64,000 nucleotides of DNA from Deltaproteobacteria bacterium (GTDB lineage Bacteria; Desulfobacterota; Desulfuromonadia; Geobacterales; JAJYBI01). Below the pieces are notes generated by a model. The model made no database searches and was not told the origin of the DNA. It worked only from the letters and a program-made list of their open reading frames with translations. Position 1 is the first letter of the stretch. Every line of letters begins with the position of its first letter. The position numbers were made by a program, and so were the translations under genes. The DNA is taken from contig JAJYBI010000008.1 of the NCBI GenBank assembly GCA_021779095.1, forward strand, positions 42,971 to 106,970, written 5' to 3'. This document shows positions 17,775-26,676 of this stretch, piece after piece.

Positions 17775-17818
17775 TTGACTTCATCGGGGAACCGGGTATG
17801 CTAAAGCGAAATCATTTC
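17775..17818 (+). promoter_or_regulatory. Candidate sigma70 promoter of zur-znuACB with a Fur-family-like palindromic operator
   Basis: TTGACT (17775-80), a 16-nt spacer, then TATGCT (17797-802). The palindrome GAAAT-C-ATTTC (17808-18) lies 20 nt upstream of the zur GTG. Confidence 0.45.
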
Positions 17819-17837
17819 TGTTTAAAGGCGGGCAGCG

Positions 17838-18266
17838 GTGTCATACCGGTTCGACGAGATGCTGAAATCGCTGAAGCTGAAGGCGACCCCCAAGCGGCTG
17901 GCGGTCCTGGCGCTGCTGGCGGCGGAGGAGGGGTACGTAAGCCCCGAGGATATCCGGTGCAAGCTCCAGGGGGAGTTCGCCCGGCTCGGGCTCCCCACGG
18001 TCTACCGCATCCTGGATGAGCTGGCCGCCGGCGGGATCATCACCAAGATCATCCACCCCAACCGCCAGCTGTACTACTACTTCTGCGGTAACACCGAGCA
18101 CCACCACCACTTCATCTGCCTCTCCTGCCGCAGGGTGGAGGACCTGGACGGCTGCGGCCTGCACGGCATGGACGGCGAGATCGCGGCGAAGACGGGGGGG
18201 AAGGTGCTCTCCCACATCCTGCAGGTGAACGGCCTGTGCCGCGACTGCGCGGAGGAGGCGGCATGA
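17838..18266 (+). CDS. zur: Fur-family metalloregulator, probable zinc uptake regulator Zur
   Basis: 142-aa Fur fold (PKRLAVLALL...HHHHFICLSC...CRDC). It is immediately upstream of znuACB. GTG start. Confidence 0.8.
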   Translation: MSYRFDEMLKSLKLKATPKRLAVLALLAAEEGYVSPEDIRCKLQGEFARLGLPTVYRILDELAAGGIITKIIHPNRQLYYYFCGNTEHHHHFICLSCRRVEDLDGCGLHGMDGEIAAKTGGKVLSHILQVNGLCRDCAEEAA

Positions 18267-19216
18267 AACGTAGTACCCACGTCTTTGGTGCACTGCTGCT
18301 GATGTTCGTCCTTGGACTCACCGCCTGTTCACGGAAGGAACAGGCGACGTCGGGCAAGCTGCGGGTGGTGACCACCCTCTTTCCGCTGTACGACTTCGCC
18401 CGTCAGGTGGGGGGGGACCGGGTGGAGGTGACGCTCCTCTTGCCGCCGGGGCTGGAGCCCCACAGCTTCGAGCCGAGTCCGGAGGACATGGTGAAGATTT
18501 CCCGGGCGGACCTGTTCGTCTACACGAGCGACGTCATGGAGCCGTGGGCCGTGAGGTTTCTGAAGGGGCTCACCGGAGGGCGCCGCCCCGAGGTGGTGGT
18601 GGCGAGCGCGGGGGTGAAGTTCATGAAGGAGCCTGCGGGGGCGGGGGACGCGCAGGATGCGGGGGATGAAGACCACCACCCCGGTGGGCTGGACCCCCAC
18701 GTCTGGCTCGATTTCGACAACGCCCGGCGGATGGTGGACAACATCGCCGCGGGGCTCGCCCGTCGCGACCCCGCCGGCCGGGAAGAGTACGCACGGAATG
18801 CGGCGGCCTACGACAAAAAGCTGGCGGCGCTGGACGCGCGGTACCGTACGGGGCTCGCCACCTGCCGCACGCGCACCTTCGTCCATGGCGGCCACTATGC
18901 CTTCGGCTACCTGGCGCGCCGCTACAATCTTCACTACATCGCCGCCACTCCCCTTTCCACCGATGCCGAGCCGACCCCGCGCCGGATGATGGAGCTGACC
19001 CGGCAGGTAAAGGAGAACGGGCTGAAGTATATCTTCTACGGCGAGCTCGTGTCGCCGCGGATCGCCGAGACCATCGCCCGGGAGACCGGCGCGCAGATCC
19101 TGCAGCTGAACGCCGCCCACAACCTGAGCCGGGACGACCGGGACAAGGGAGTCACCTTCCTGTCGCTCATGGAAGAGAACCTGGAGCGGCTGCGCACGGG
19201 GCTCCAATGCCGGTAG
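18263..19216 (+). CDS. znuA: Zinc ABC transporter substrate-binding lipoprotein ZnuA
   Basis: Lipobox (LTAC), cluster-9 SBP signature and a His/Asp/Glu-rich loop (DAQDAGDEDHHPGG). The start is taken at ATG 18263, not the track's 18236. Confidence 0.85.
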   Translation: MKRSTHVFGALLLMFVLGLTACSRKEQATSGKLRVVTTLFPLYDFARQVGGDRVEVTLLLPPGLEPHSFEPSPEDMVKISRADLFVYTSDVMEPWAVRFLKGLTGGRRPEVVVASAGVKFMKEPAGAGDAQDAGDEDHHPGGLDPHVWLDFDNARRMVDNIAAGLARRDPAGREEYARNAAAYDKKLAALDARYRTGLATCRTRTFVHGGHYAFGYLARRYNLHYIAATPLSTDAEPTPRRMMELTRQVKENGLKYIFYGELVSPRIAETIARETGAQILQLNAAHNLSRDDRDKGVTFLSLMEENLERLRTGLQCR

Positions 19217-19959
19217 AACTGGTCGGCATACGAAACCTCACCGCCCGCTACGAGGGGATGGAGGTGCTGAAGGGGATCGACCTGAAGGTCTTCGCCGGCG
19301 ACTACCTGGCGGTGGTGGGCCCCAACGGCTCCGGCAAGAGCACGCTCATCAAGGCGCTCCTGGGACTCGTGCCGGTGCGGGAGGGGGCGATCACCCTGTT
19401 CGGCGCTCCCCAGGCTTCCTTCGACCGGTGGGAGCGGATCGGCTACCTCCCCCAGCGGCTGAAGGCGTTCAACCCCCACTTCCCGGCGACGGTGGAGGAG
19501 ATCGTGCGGCTCGGGCTCCTGGCGGGGAAGCGGTTTCCCAAACGGCGGGCACGGCAGGACGACGCGGACCTGGAGGAGATCCTGCAGTGGCTGGATATCG
19601 CGCCGATCCGGCGGCGGCTCATCGGCGAGCTGTCCGGCGGCCAGCAGCAGCGGGTGCTCCTGGCGCGGGCCATGGTGAACCGGCCGGAGCTCCTCATCCT
19701 GGACGAACCGACCACGGCGCTGGACCCGGAGACGCGGGAGCATTTCTACGGCCTGGTGCAGCGCCTCAACAAAAACCACGGCGTCACGGTCATCCTCGTC
19801 ACCCACGACTCCGCCACCATCGGCAGGTACGCCTCGCGCCTCCTGTATGTGGACAAGGGGGTCGTCTTCGACGGCACCTTCGAGGCGTTCTGCCGGTCGC
19901 CGGAGATGGCGGGGTTCTTCGGGGAGTACGGCCAGCATCTGATCTGCCAGCGGCATTGA
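19207..19959 (+). CDS. znuC: Zinc ABC transporter ATP-binding protein ZnuC
   Basis: Walker A GPNGSGKST, ABC signature LSGGQQQR, Walker B ILDEP. Confidence 0.9.
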   Translation: MPVELVGIRNLTARYEGMEVLKGIDLKVFAGDYLAVVGPNGSGKSTLIKALLGLVPVREGAITLFGAPQASFDRWERIGYLPQRLKAFNPHFPATVEEIVRLGLLAGKRFPKRRARQDDADLEEILQWLDIAPIRRRLIGELSGGQQQRVLLARAMVNRPELLILDEPTTALDPETREHFYGLVQRLNKNHGVTVILVTHDSATIGRYASRLLYVDKGVVFDGTFEAFCRSPEMAGFFGEYGQHLICQRH

Positions 19960-20034
19960 ACCGGGCATCGAGAGACTACTACGGACCCGCAGGCCTGAAG
20001 GGCCGGTCTGCAGCGTTGCTTGATGCTTGCACCC

Positions 20035-20115
20035 TCCCCCAGCCCCTCCCATCAAGGGATGGGAGATTTTAGTTCCCTCTCCCCTGGTGGGAGAGGGCTA
20101 GGGAGAGGGGGGAAG
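20035..20115. repeat. GGGAGGG-family palindromic hairpins
   Basis: ccctcccatcaagggatgggag; ccctctcccctggtgggagagggctagggagaggggg. Confidence 0.7.
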
Positions 20116-20179
20116 CGCCGAATCTATGAAAATTTGTGTAATCAGTGGATAAAGGTTTTTGACGTGGTGAAGTGAACTT

Positions 20180-21037
20180 ATGCACATCGGCATCCTCGAC
20201 ATATTCCAGTACGGCTTCATGGTGCGGGCGCTCCTGGCGGGGACGCTCATCGGGGCGCTCTGCGCCATCCTCGGGGTGTTCCTCGTCCTGAGGCGGCTGT
20301 CGCTTATCGGCGACGGGCTCGCCCACGTCACCTTCGGCAGCGTCGCCGTGTCGCTCTTTTTCAGGGTGGACCCGGCCTACGTCACCGTGGCGGCCATCCC
20401 GGTCGTGCTCCTCTCCTCCCTCGGCATCTTGAGGCTGGGGGAGCGGGCGCGCATGTACGGCGACGCCGCCATCGGCATCGTCTCGTCGCTCGGGATCGCC
20501 TGCGGCATCACCCTCGCCAGCGTCGCCGGCGGCTCCAACGTGGACCTGTTCAGCTACCTGTTCGGCAGCATCCTCTCCATCAGCTCCGCCGAGCTTACCA
20601 CCGCCATGGTGCTGTTCGGCGTCGTCCTCCTCGTGGTCTGGCTCTTCTACCACGACCTGTTCGCCATCACCTACGACGAGGAGCTGGCCAAGAGCTCCGG
20701 CATCCGGGTCGAGCGGATCAACGCCGTTCTCGTCCTGCTGGCCGCCCTCACCGTGGTGCTCGCCATGAAGCTCGTGGGGATCATGCTCATCTCCTCGCTC
20801 CTCATCCTGCCGGCGGTCACGGCGCTGCAGGTGGCCCGCGGCTTCCGCACCACCATCGTCCTGGCGGTCCTCTTCGCCGTCGCCTCCGTCGTCACCGGGA
20901 CCATCGCCTCCTTCTACTTAAACCTCCCCACCGGCGGCACCATCGTCCTCGTCAACATCCTCGTCCTGCTGCTGACCCTCGCCGTCCGCCGGCTTCTGCC
21001 CCGTGCTGGTGCCGAATCGGTGCCTGCCAAAGTGTAA
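20180..21037 (+). CDS. znuB: Zinc ABC transporter permease ZnuB
   Basis: 285-aa polytopic permease of the ABC-3 family. Confidence 0.88.
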   Translation: MHIGILDIFQYGFMVRALLAGTLIGALCAILGVFLVLRRLSLIGDGLAHVTFGSVAVSLFFRVDPAYVTVAAIPVVLLSSLGILRLGERARMYGDAAIGIVSSLGIACGITLASVAGGSNVDLFSYLFGSILSISSAELTTAMVLFGVVLLVVWLFYHDLFAITYDEELAKSSGIRVERINAVLVLLAALTVVLAMKLVGIMLISSLLILPAVTALQVARGFRTTIVLAVLFAVASVVTGTIASFYLNLPTGGTIVLVNILVLLLTLAVRRLLPRAGAESVPAKV

Positions 21038-21280
21038 CGGCTTTATTCTCACTTCTCCCCCTCCCGCAGTCACCCATCTCCATCCTCACTCTCCCCTTGA
21101 GGAATGACGTTGTCCGTATCTCCTGAAAAAATGCCCATGCTGCTGTCGAGCGGTCAAAAATCGCTTGCCGCAGGGATGAGTCTGCATTACAGTGGCGGTG
21201 CGTGCGGGTGGATACGGTTCGAGCGCTCCAGTCAACCGTTTCCGGCGCCATCCGTTACTGATAGGTAATGAAGTTCAATC

Positions 21281-21640
21281 TTGAAATGGGAGGCAGTCAT
21301 GAAAAAACTGGTACAAGGCTGGTTGGCACTCCTGCTTGTCGCACTGACGCATACCGCCGTCTTTGCAAGCGGGACCGGCAGTATGTTCTGCAAGGGAGGG
21401 ATCATCTCCACGGGGGGCACCGCGAGCGAACTCCTCGCAAAATGCGGCCAGCCCGCCTACTCCACCCAGCGCGAGGAGAAGCGGGTGACCGACGGAGATA
21501 CGAAGGGGACGGACAAGACCATCGTCACCGTCGCCGTCGACGACTGGCTGTACAACTTCGGTCCGAACCAGTTCCAGTACCGGGTGATCCTGGAAAACGG
21601 CATCGTGGTGCGGCTTGAAAGCCTGGATTACGGCTACTGA
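21281..21640 (+). CDS. Secreted DUF2845-like small protein
   Basis: Signal peptide followed by ...KTIVTVAVDDWLYNFGPNQFQYRVILENGIVVRLESLDYGY. ATG 21299 is an alternative start. Confidence 0.5.
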   Translation: MKWEAVMKKLVQGWLALLLVALTHTAVFASGTGSMFCKGGIISTGGTASELLAKCGQPAYSTQREEKRVTDGDTKGTDKTIVTVAVDDWLYNFGPNQFQYRVILENGIVVRLESLDYGY

Positions 21641-21684
21641 CACGGGAGGCCGCTCTGGCAACGCCCCATGACATCTTCCTGCTG

Positions 21685-22101
21685 GTGGCCGTGGCCTGGG
21701 TGGTGCTCGGCGTCCTCGCGTGCGCCTGGGTGGTGTACTGGCTCTGGCGGCGTAAGGGGAGGTTCGCGCCGCTTGCGTCGGAGCCGGTCATCTTCCGGGA
21801 GATCGGCGCGTCGGGGTTCTCCCGCAAAAACGTCCTCACCCGGTTCGGCGGGGCGCGGGGGGTGCTGGAGGTGCTCGTCACGGACCGGACCCTGGTGATC
21901 CGGTTGGCGGGGCCGTTCAGCATCCTCGCCACCGCCGGCTGGCTGGATATCGAGCAGGTCATCCCCCGGAGCGACATCATCGGCGTCGTACCCCACGGCG
22001 ACAGCGCCGTCGAGGTGACGTTCAAGAAGCCCGGCGGCGAGACCGGAAAGTATGAGCTGATACTGAAGGAGAGGCAGCGGTTTCTGGAGAGCGTGCGGTA
22101 A
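21685..22101 (+). CDS. Hypothetical membrane-anchored protein
   Basis: N-terminal TM helix followed by a soluble domain. No family recognised. Confidence 0.4.
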   Translation: MAVAWVVLGVLACAWVVYWLWRRKGRFAPLASEPVIFREIGASGFSRKNVLTRFGGARGVLEVLVTDRTLVIRLAGPFSILATAGWLDIEQVIPRSDIIGVVPHGDSAVEVTFKKPGGETGKYELILKERQRFLESVR

Positions 22102-22105
22102 ACTA

Positions 22106-22438
22106 TTGACGGTAATCCGCTACGTTGAAGGAAATCCGGTCAGGGCAATGCTGGCGCCAACTATCGGTCAATGGCCGTGTTCATCGAACCAAGGACGCAA
22201 TGCCGATGCAGAAGAGTTGCGCCCCGATCCATTACCCATTTCTTTACCTGAAGATTGGGATGCCTATGTGGATACGCCGCTTACCGATACGGAAATTGAA
22301 AAGGTGAGAAATAGTGTTAACCGGCAGGCACCATTCGGGCACGAAAGCTGGCGAGATGCGTTGTGTGCGAAAATGGGGCTCGAATCAACGGTAAGACAGC
22401 GAGGGTGGCAGAAAGGGCGGAAAAGGAAAGTGGAATAG
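22106..22438 (+). pseudogene. C-terminal remnant of a RAYT/IS200-like (COG1943, Y1 HUH) transposase
   Basis: RYVEGNPVRAMLA...QWPCSS matches the conserved NPVRAGLV...DWPWSS block of this family. The N-terminal half, including the HUH motif, is absent. The region is low in GC. A REP-like inverted repeat abuts the stop codon. Confidence 0.6.
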
Positions 22439-22455
22439 GTGCATGTCCCCTTATT
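22438..22455. repeat. REP-like terminal repeat of the RAYT remnant, inverted orientation
   Basis: ggtgcatgtccccttatt is the reverse complement of aataaggggacatgcacc. Compare 29466-29483 (aataaggggacaggcacc). Confidence 0.65.
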
Positions 22456-22512
22456 CCCCCGACGGAGATAAATATACTGTTCCCAGAATTCCCTGGTGAG
22501 GAGTCTAAATAT

Positions 22513-22539
22513 TTGAGGTTCCAGATTGGACCTTCAAAC
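22513..22539. repeat. Hairpin TTTGAGGTTCCA-GAT-TGGACCTTCAAA
   Basis: Near-perfect 12-bp stem. A related GGTTCCAGATTGGAACC hairpin is at 30651-30667. Confidence 0.65.
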
Positions 22540-22546
22540 GAAGAGT

Positions 22547-22583
22547 AATAAGGGGACTGTCCCCATATTGCCCAGAAAACACG
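22547..22583. repeat. REP-like direct repeat, copy 1, left border of the two-gene cassette
   Basis: aataaggggactgtccccatattgcccagaaaacacga contains the GGGGAC-T-GTCCCC palindrome. Repeated at 24515-24551. Confidence 0.75.
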
Positions 22584-22627
22584 ACCATGACAGACGTTAA
22601 TATCAACTTTTTTCGGAAGCCTGTGAA

Positions 22628-23212
22628 GTGACAATGCCCCCATCTATCTCCTTGCTCTACCGCCCCGCAGCCGTCCGCGCCAAGGCTGCGGAATGTTCGG
22701 TGTTCAGCGCCGTTGGCCTTAATGCCCTCTATGGCATGCTGATAATCGCTGCGGTTGGTCCCTCGATGCTGCAGATGTTCACGTCCGGCTTTGTTTTCGC
22801 CGTGACCCTTCTTTTCGGCCCGTTACTCGGTTTCATTGTCTCGTCCGTCTATCCCCGGGTGGAGATGACCATTGGCAAGATGCTTGGTGGTGCGGCCACC
22901 CTCGACGAGCTGTACCGGCTCTTCGCCTGGTCGTTTCTTCCCGCAGGTTTGGCGCTGCTGCTCGACACGATGTTCACAGAAAAGAGCTTTATCGTCCCTA
23001 TTTCCTTCTTCTTGCTCATCCTCTGCGGCATCAGGAACTACTGCTCCAACATCATTGCAACGCAGCAATTCACCCGCGTGAGAGGTGCCGTCGCTATCAT
23101 ACTGACGCTTGTCCTGTTTTTCGTCCTGCTTGCCGCAGGAGTGGGTCTCATAACGACCCTCTTCAGATGGGGCATGGGTGAAAGCGTGTCGGCCATTGTG
23201 AGTCGGCCATGA
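22628..23212 (+). CDS. Polytopic membrane protein (Yip1-like topology), cassette gene 1
   Basis: 194 aa with 4-5 predicted TM helices in a low-GC region. The stop overlaps the next ORF's start (ATGA). Confidence 0.55.
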   Translation: MTMPPSISLLYRPAAVRAKAAECSVFSAVGLNALYGMLIIAAVGPSMLQMFTSGFVFAVTLLFGPLLGFIVSSVYPRVEMTIGKMLGGAATLDELYRLFAWSFLPAGLALLLDTMFTEKSFIVPISFFLLILCGIRNYCSNIIATQQFTRVRGAVAIILTLVLFFVLLAAGVGLITTLFRWGMGESVSAIVSRP

Positions 23213-24501
23213 CCATCAAACGCCTGAAATACGCCATCATCTTCTTTTATCTGGCGTTATTCGTATTTCTGGGCCTCTATGACGAGCGCCTCAACCCGGA
23301 ATTGGCGCACGAGCTGGCCAAGCCCCGGCCAAAGGTTGTCGAACCGGGTAATGCCTGGCTGGCCATGCTCGGCATCGATGCCCCCGCCGGGACCTCGTCT
23401 GTCGCGGCAGGGGAAAAGCAGATACGGGATCTCGATAGGGCAATCAGAGGAGGTAAAAGCACCGCTGAAATTATCTCGGCTTCCTTTAACGACAAGAACA
23501 GGCTGGCACTGAAAGGGAAGTTGCCCTCATTTTACGGCAAGGAAAACACGGGCATCCTGGCCTACGTAACAACCCACCCGGACGAGACGGCAACCTTGTG
23601 CCGTGACAACGCCGATCTGCTCGACAGGTATGAACAGCTCCTCTCGCTTGCCCGTTATGCCGAACCGCTTGCATATGGTGATTACGCGCCAGTTCCAAGG
23701 TTTGCATCAACCAACCAGGCACAGGAACTCAAAATGCTCCGCATTGCTGTTCAAGCCTATCACGGTGGTACCACAGCGGCACTGACCGAGTTGCAGCGCG
23801 ATATGAATTATTGGCGGTTCGTCGCAAGCAGTTCCGCAACGCTAATACCTAAATTTATTGCCTTTCGAGCCCTGAGCTTTGATTTGAGGGTTGCTGCCGA
23901 GATCGCCGTTTCAGGTGCATTGTCTAAGCGGGAACAGATGCTTATCCAGGAGATCCTGAAACCGTTTGACAAAGGTGAAAACTCGGTGGCAGGGGTTCTT
24001 CGTCGCGAGGCCTTGTATGATCATTACGGCTTGGAACTGACAACTTGGAACACATTGAAGCCGTGGAGCCCTGCGCGGCTGATTTTCAAGCATAACGCTA
24101 CCAGTAACAGGCTATATGCCTACTTCGACGAGGTTGCCCGGCTGGCGGAATTGCCACCACAGCGATATGCGGAAGAACAGAAACAAAAGGCTATGAAGAA
24201 GATCGGCCTCGCTGCTCTGTACAACTCTATGGGAGAGATCCTGGCGCAGATCGCCATTCCTCAGTGTTTCGCCTACATTGAGAAAGGGCATAACATCGAG
24301 GGCCTCCGCCGACTGGCGCTGCTGAAGGTAATGGCCCATGCCGAAAACATCGCACCAGAGCGGATGCAGGCGTTTATCGACGCCCATGCGGCGGACCTCG
24401 GGAATCCATACACCGGCAAGCCCATGACATGGGATCCGAAGGCCAGGCGGATATCGTTCCCGAAATTATCCGAAGACGGGAGCGTTGAACTCTATCTGTA
24501 A
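23209..24501 (+). CDS. Hypothetical protein, 430 aa, with a single N-terminal TM anchor; cassette gene 2
   Basis: Long ORF with coherent codon usage and low GC. No recognisable domain. Translationally coupled to the upstream membrane protein. Confidence 0.6.
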   Translation: MTIKRLKYAIIFFYLALFVFLGLYDERLNPELAHELAKPRPKVVEPGNAWLAMLGIDAPAGTSSVAAGEKQIRDLDRAIRGGKSTAEIISASFNDKNRLALKGKLPSFYGKENTGILAYVTTHPDETATLCRDNADLLDRYEQLLSLARYAEPLAYGDYAPVPRFASTNQAQELKMLRIAVQAYHGGTTAALTELQRDMNYWRFVASSSATLIPKFIAFRALSFDLRVAAEIAVSGALSKREQMLIQEILKPFDKGENSVAGVLRREALYDHYGLELTTWNTLKPWSPARLIFKHNATSNRLYAYFDEVARLAELPPQRYAEEQKQKAMKKIGLAALYNSMGEILAQIAIPQCFAYIEKGHNIEGLRRLALLKVMAHAENIAPERMQAFIDAHAADLGNPYTGKPMTWDPKARRISFPKLSEDGSVELYL

Positions 24502-24514
24502 CATCCAGAGGGGC

Positions 24515-24551
24515 AATAAGGGGACTGTCCCCATATTGTGCCCGAGCACGA
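24515..24551. repeat. REP-like direct repeat, copy 2, right border of the two-gene cassette
   Basis: aataaggggactgtccccatattgtgcccgagcacga. Of its 37 nt, 33 align to copy 1 with one 2-nt gap, including a perfect match over the first 24 nt. Confidence 0.75.
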
Positions 24552-24609
24552 ATCGCTCCACGGGCCGTATGCCGGCATGTCGTTCAGCTGGTAGGGGAGG
24601 CTCAAAAGA

Positions 24610-24792
24610 CCGGTTTCACGCAACGCTGAAACGACGCAACGGGAATCGGGAGCGATGAGTGCATCAGGCGCAAAAATACCCCATCCCCCTTCTGCCCTCC
24701 CCCTTGAAGGGGGAGGTAAGTAGGCTCTGATCTGAAAGAATGCTGCCTTTCGTTGCGTCGTTGCGGCGTTGCGTGAGACGGGCTTCGGTTTT
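24610..24792. repeat. CGCAACG-family MITE-like element, copy 1, with a GGGAGGG hairpin at its centre
   Basis: The left arm accggtttcacgcaacgctgaaacgacgcaacgg matches the reverse complement of the right arm cgttgcgtcgttgcggcgttgcgtgagacgggcttcggtt. The central hairpin is ccctcccccttgaagggggagg. Confidence 0.75.
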
Positions 24793-24876
24793 GATCGAAT
24801 TCGATGACGGGAAATGCCGGGCGTGATTTGAAATAATGCAGGTCTGCAGGGCACACCTGATCAGTCTGGAGGCGTT

Positions 24877-26049
24877 ATGACGGCGGAAGGGAAAGGCAAG
24901 CTGATCATCAGGGGGATCCCCAACGACGATGTGGCGCAGAAGGTCGTCGCGTTCATGTGCGCCAGCGCGAAGAACGCCACCCCCGAGGCCGTCGCCGCGC
25001 GGCTGAAGAACCTGCCGCTGGTCGTCAGCAGCGCCATCCAGGCCCAGACGGCCTACCGCGTCGTCCGGGCCCTGCAGGCGATCGGTGCGGATGTCGAGTT
25101 CGTTCCGGACGCACCGGCCGACACCTCTTTCGAGCTGGAAAGCAACGCGGTGACCCCTCCGGCCCAGTTCACCCCGCCGTACACGACCGCGCGGGAGACG
25201 GCGCGTCCGATCACCCCGGCGGCGGTGGGGGTCGTGGAGCGGCCGGCGCCGCCCGATCCCCGTGCCCAGCGGGAAGCGCGAAAGCGGCAGAACGAACTGC
25301 GCGAGGTCGCCCTCGCCCAGAAGCTCCTGATCTACGCCGTCGTCGCCGGCTTCGTCCCGGCCGCCTCCCCGGTCCTCTACTTCATCACCGCGCCGTTCCA
25401 GCTGTACACCATCTACCGGCTCACCGCCGCCCTGAACTGCGAGATGCTGCACCGGGTCCTGTACCTCCTCTGCACCCTGGTGCCGCTGGTCGGCATCGTC
25501 ATCCTGCTCATCCTGAACGCGAAGGCGACCAGGCGGCTGACGGCGGAGAGGATTCCGGTCGGCCTGTTCGGTGCGGGGAGCGGGGAGATCGCCGCCCTGG
25601 GGGACGGGGAGGGGGGCGGTACCATGATCGGCCCCGTCTATTTCCTCGTCCTTGCGATGCTGGCGATCGGCGGGGTGGCGAGCGGCACGCTGCCGAGGTC
25701 GTGGCCCACTGCGGAAGAGAACGTACAGGCGATGATCGACAGGGAGGTGGCGCGGGCCAACAAGGAGTTCCCCAAAGAAATCGATCCGGAGACCAGGATC
25801 GACAACGTCACCGCCGGTCCCGACAAGCTCATCACCATCAACTACACCATGCTGAAGCACCCGGCCAGCGAGATCGATGCGGATAGATTCGGCGGCGAGC
25901 TGAAGGACAAGGTCCGGCAGGAGACCTGCACCGACGGGAAGCTCGAGCCGCTCCTGAAAAAGGGTGTATCGGTGGCGTACGCATTCAACGGCAACGACGG
26001 CCTGCCGATCACGACGATCACCATTGCCCCGGCGGACTGCGGGAACTGA
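24877..26049 (+). CDS. Hypothetical membrane protein (N-terminal soluble domain, Pro/Ala-rich linker, 3 TM helices, C-terminal soluble domain)
   Basis: 390-aa ORF. No family recognised. Confidence 0.55.
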   Translation: MTAEGKGKLIIRGIPNDDVAQKVVAFMCASAKNATPEAVAARLKNLPLVVSSAIQAQTAYRVVRALQAIGADVEFVPDAPADTSFELESNAVTPPAQFTPPYTTARETARPITPAAVGVVERPAPPDPRAQREARKRQNELREVALAQKLLIYAVVAGFVPAASPVLYFITAPFQLYTIYRLTAALNCEMLHRVLYLLCTLVPLVGIVILLILNAKATRRLTAERIPVGLFGAGSGEIAALGDGEGGGTMIGPVYFLVLAMLAIGGVASGTLPRSWPTAEENVQAMIDREVARANKEFPKEIDPETRIDNVTAGPDKLITINYTMLKHPASEIDADRFGGELKDKVRQETCTDGKLEPLLKKGVSVAYAFNGNDGLPITTITIAPADCGN

Positions 26050-26199
26050 AGCCTTGCATCGTTCACCAGCATCCCTCGGACCTCTCCGGGCCGGCAGGCA
26101 CCACGAGATCTACCTGAGCGACCTGAGACGCACGGCGCCGGAGAAGTGGAAGACCGTGGTCCGGCAGCCGATGTCGTGAGGACGGGGACGCCGACAGGG

Positions 26200-26601
26200 A
26201 TGGACCCGGCGCTGATTGCGCCCTGCGGCCTGAACTGCCGCGTCTGCCGGGCCCATATCCGGGGCTGGAAGGGATGTCCCGGCTGCCGGGGTGACGACGG
26301 CATGAAGTCAAGGAGCTGTGTCGCCTGTCCGATCAGGAACTGTCCCGAGCTGGCGGACGGCGGCCTCGCCTACTGTTCCGAGTGTGATTTGTTTCCCTGT
26401 GCCCGGCTGCGGCGGCTTGAAAAGCGGTATACTGTCCGCTACGGCGTCAGCGTTCTCGGCAACCTGAGGCAGATTCGGGCAGACGGCGTTCGCTCTTTCG
26501 TGGAGGCCGAAAGCGGAAAGTGGCGTTGCCCCGGTTGCGGCGCGATCCTCTGCATGCACAGGTCGCAATGTGACGCATGTGGCTGCAACTGGCGCGAGTG
26601 A
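26200..26601 (+). CDS. DUF3795-like cysteine-rich small protein
   Basis: Repeated CxxC pairs (CGLNCRVCRA...CPGCRGDDG...CVACPIRNCPE...CSECDLFPC...CPGCGAILCMHRSQCDACGC). The start is taken at ATG 26200. Confidence 0.6.
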   Translation: MDPALIAPCGLNCRVCRAHIRGWKGCPGCRGDDGMKSRSCVACPIRNCPELADGGLAYCSECDLFPCARLRRLEKRYTVRYGVSVLGNLRQIRADGVRSFVEAESGKWRCPGCGAILCMHRSQCDACGCNWRE

Positions 26602-26676
26602 AGCGCAGCCGACGCGGTTTCCAAAAAAGGGACGGGCACGAATTGGAAGAGGGAATTTAAAACAGGAGGTAAAACC

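Noticed and set aside
21685-21898. Alternative frame 21668-21898 (MTSSCWWPWPGWCSASS...) for the gene after DUF2845
   Set aside because: Trp/Cys/Ser/Arg-rich implausible composition. The overlapping frame starting at 21685 has a credible TM helix and soluble domain.
22547-24551. Integron attC sites as an explanation for the repeats flanking the two-gene cassette
   Set aside because: No GTTRRRY/RYYYAAC core sites and no intI nearby. The repeats instead match the terminal repeats of the RAYT-like transposase remnants (REP-like).
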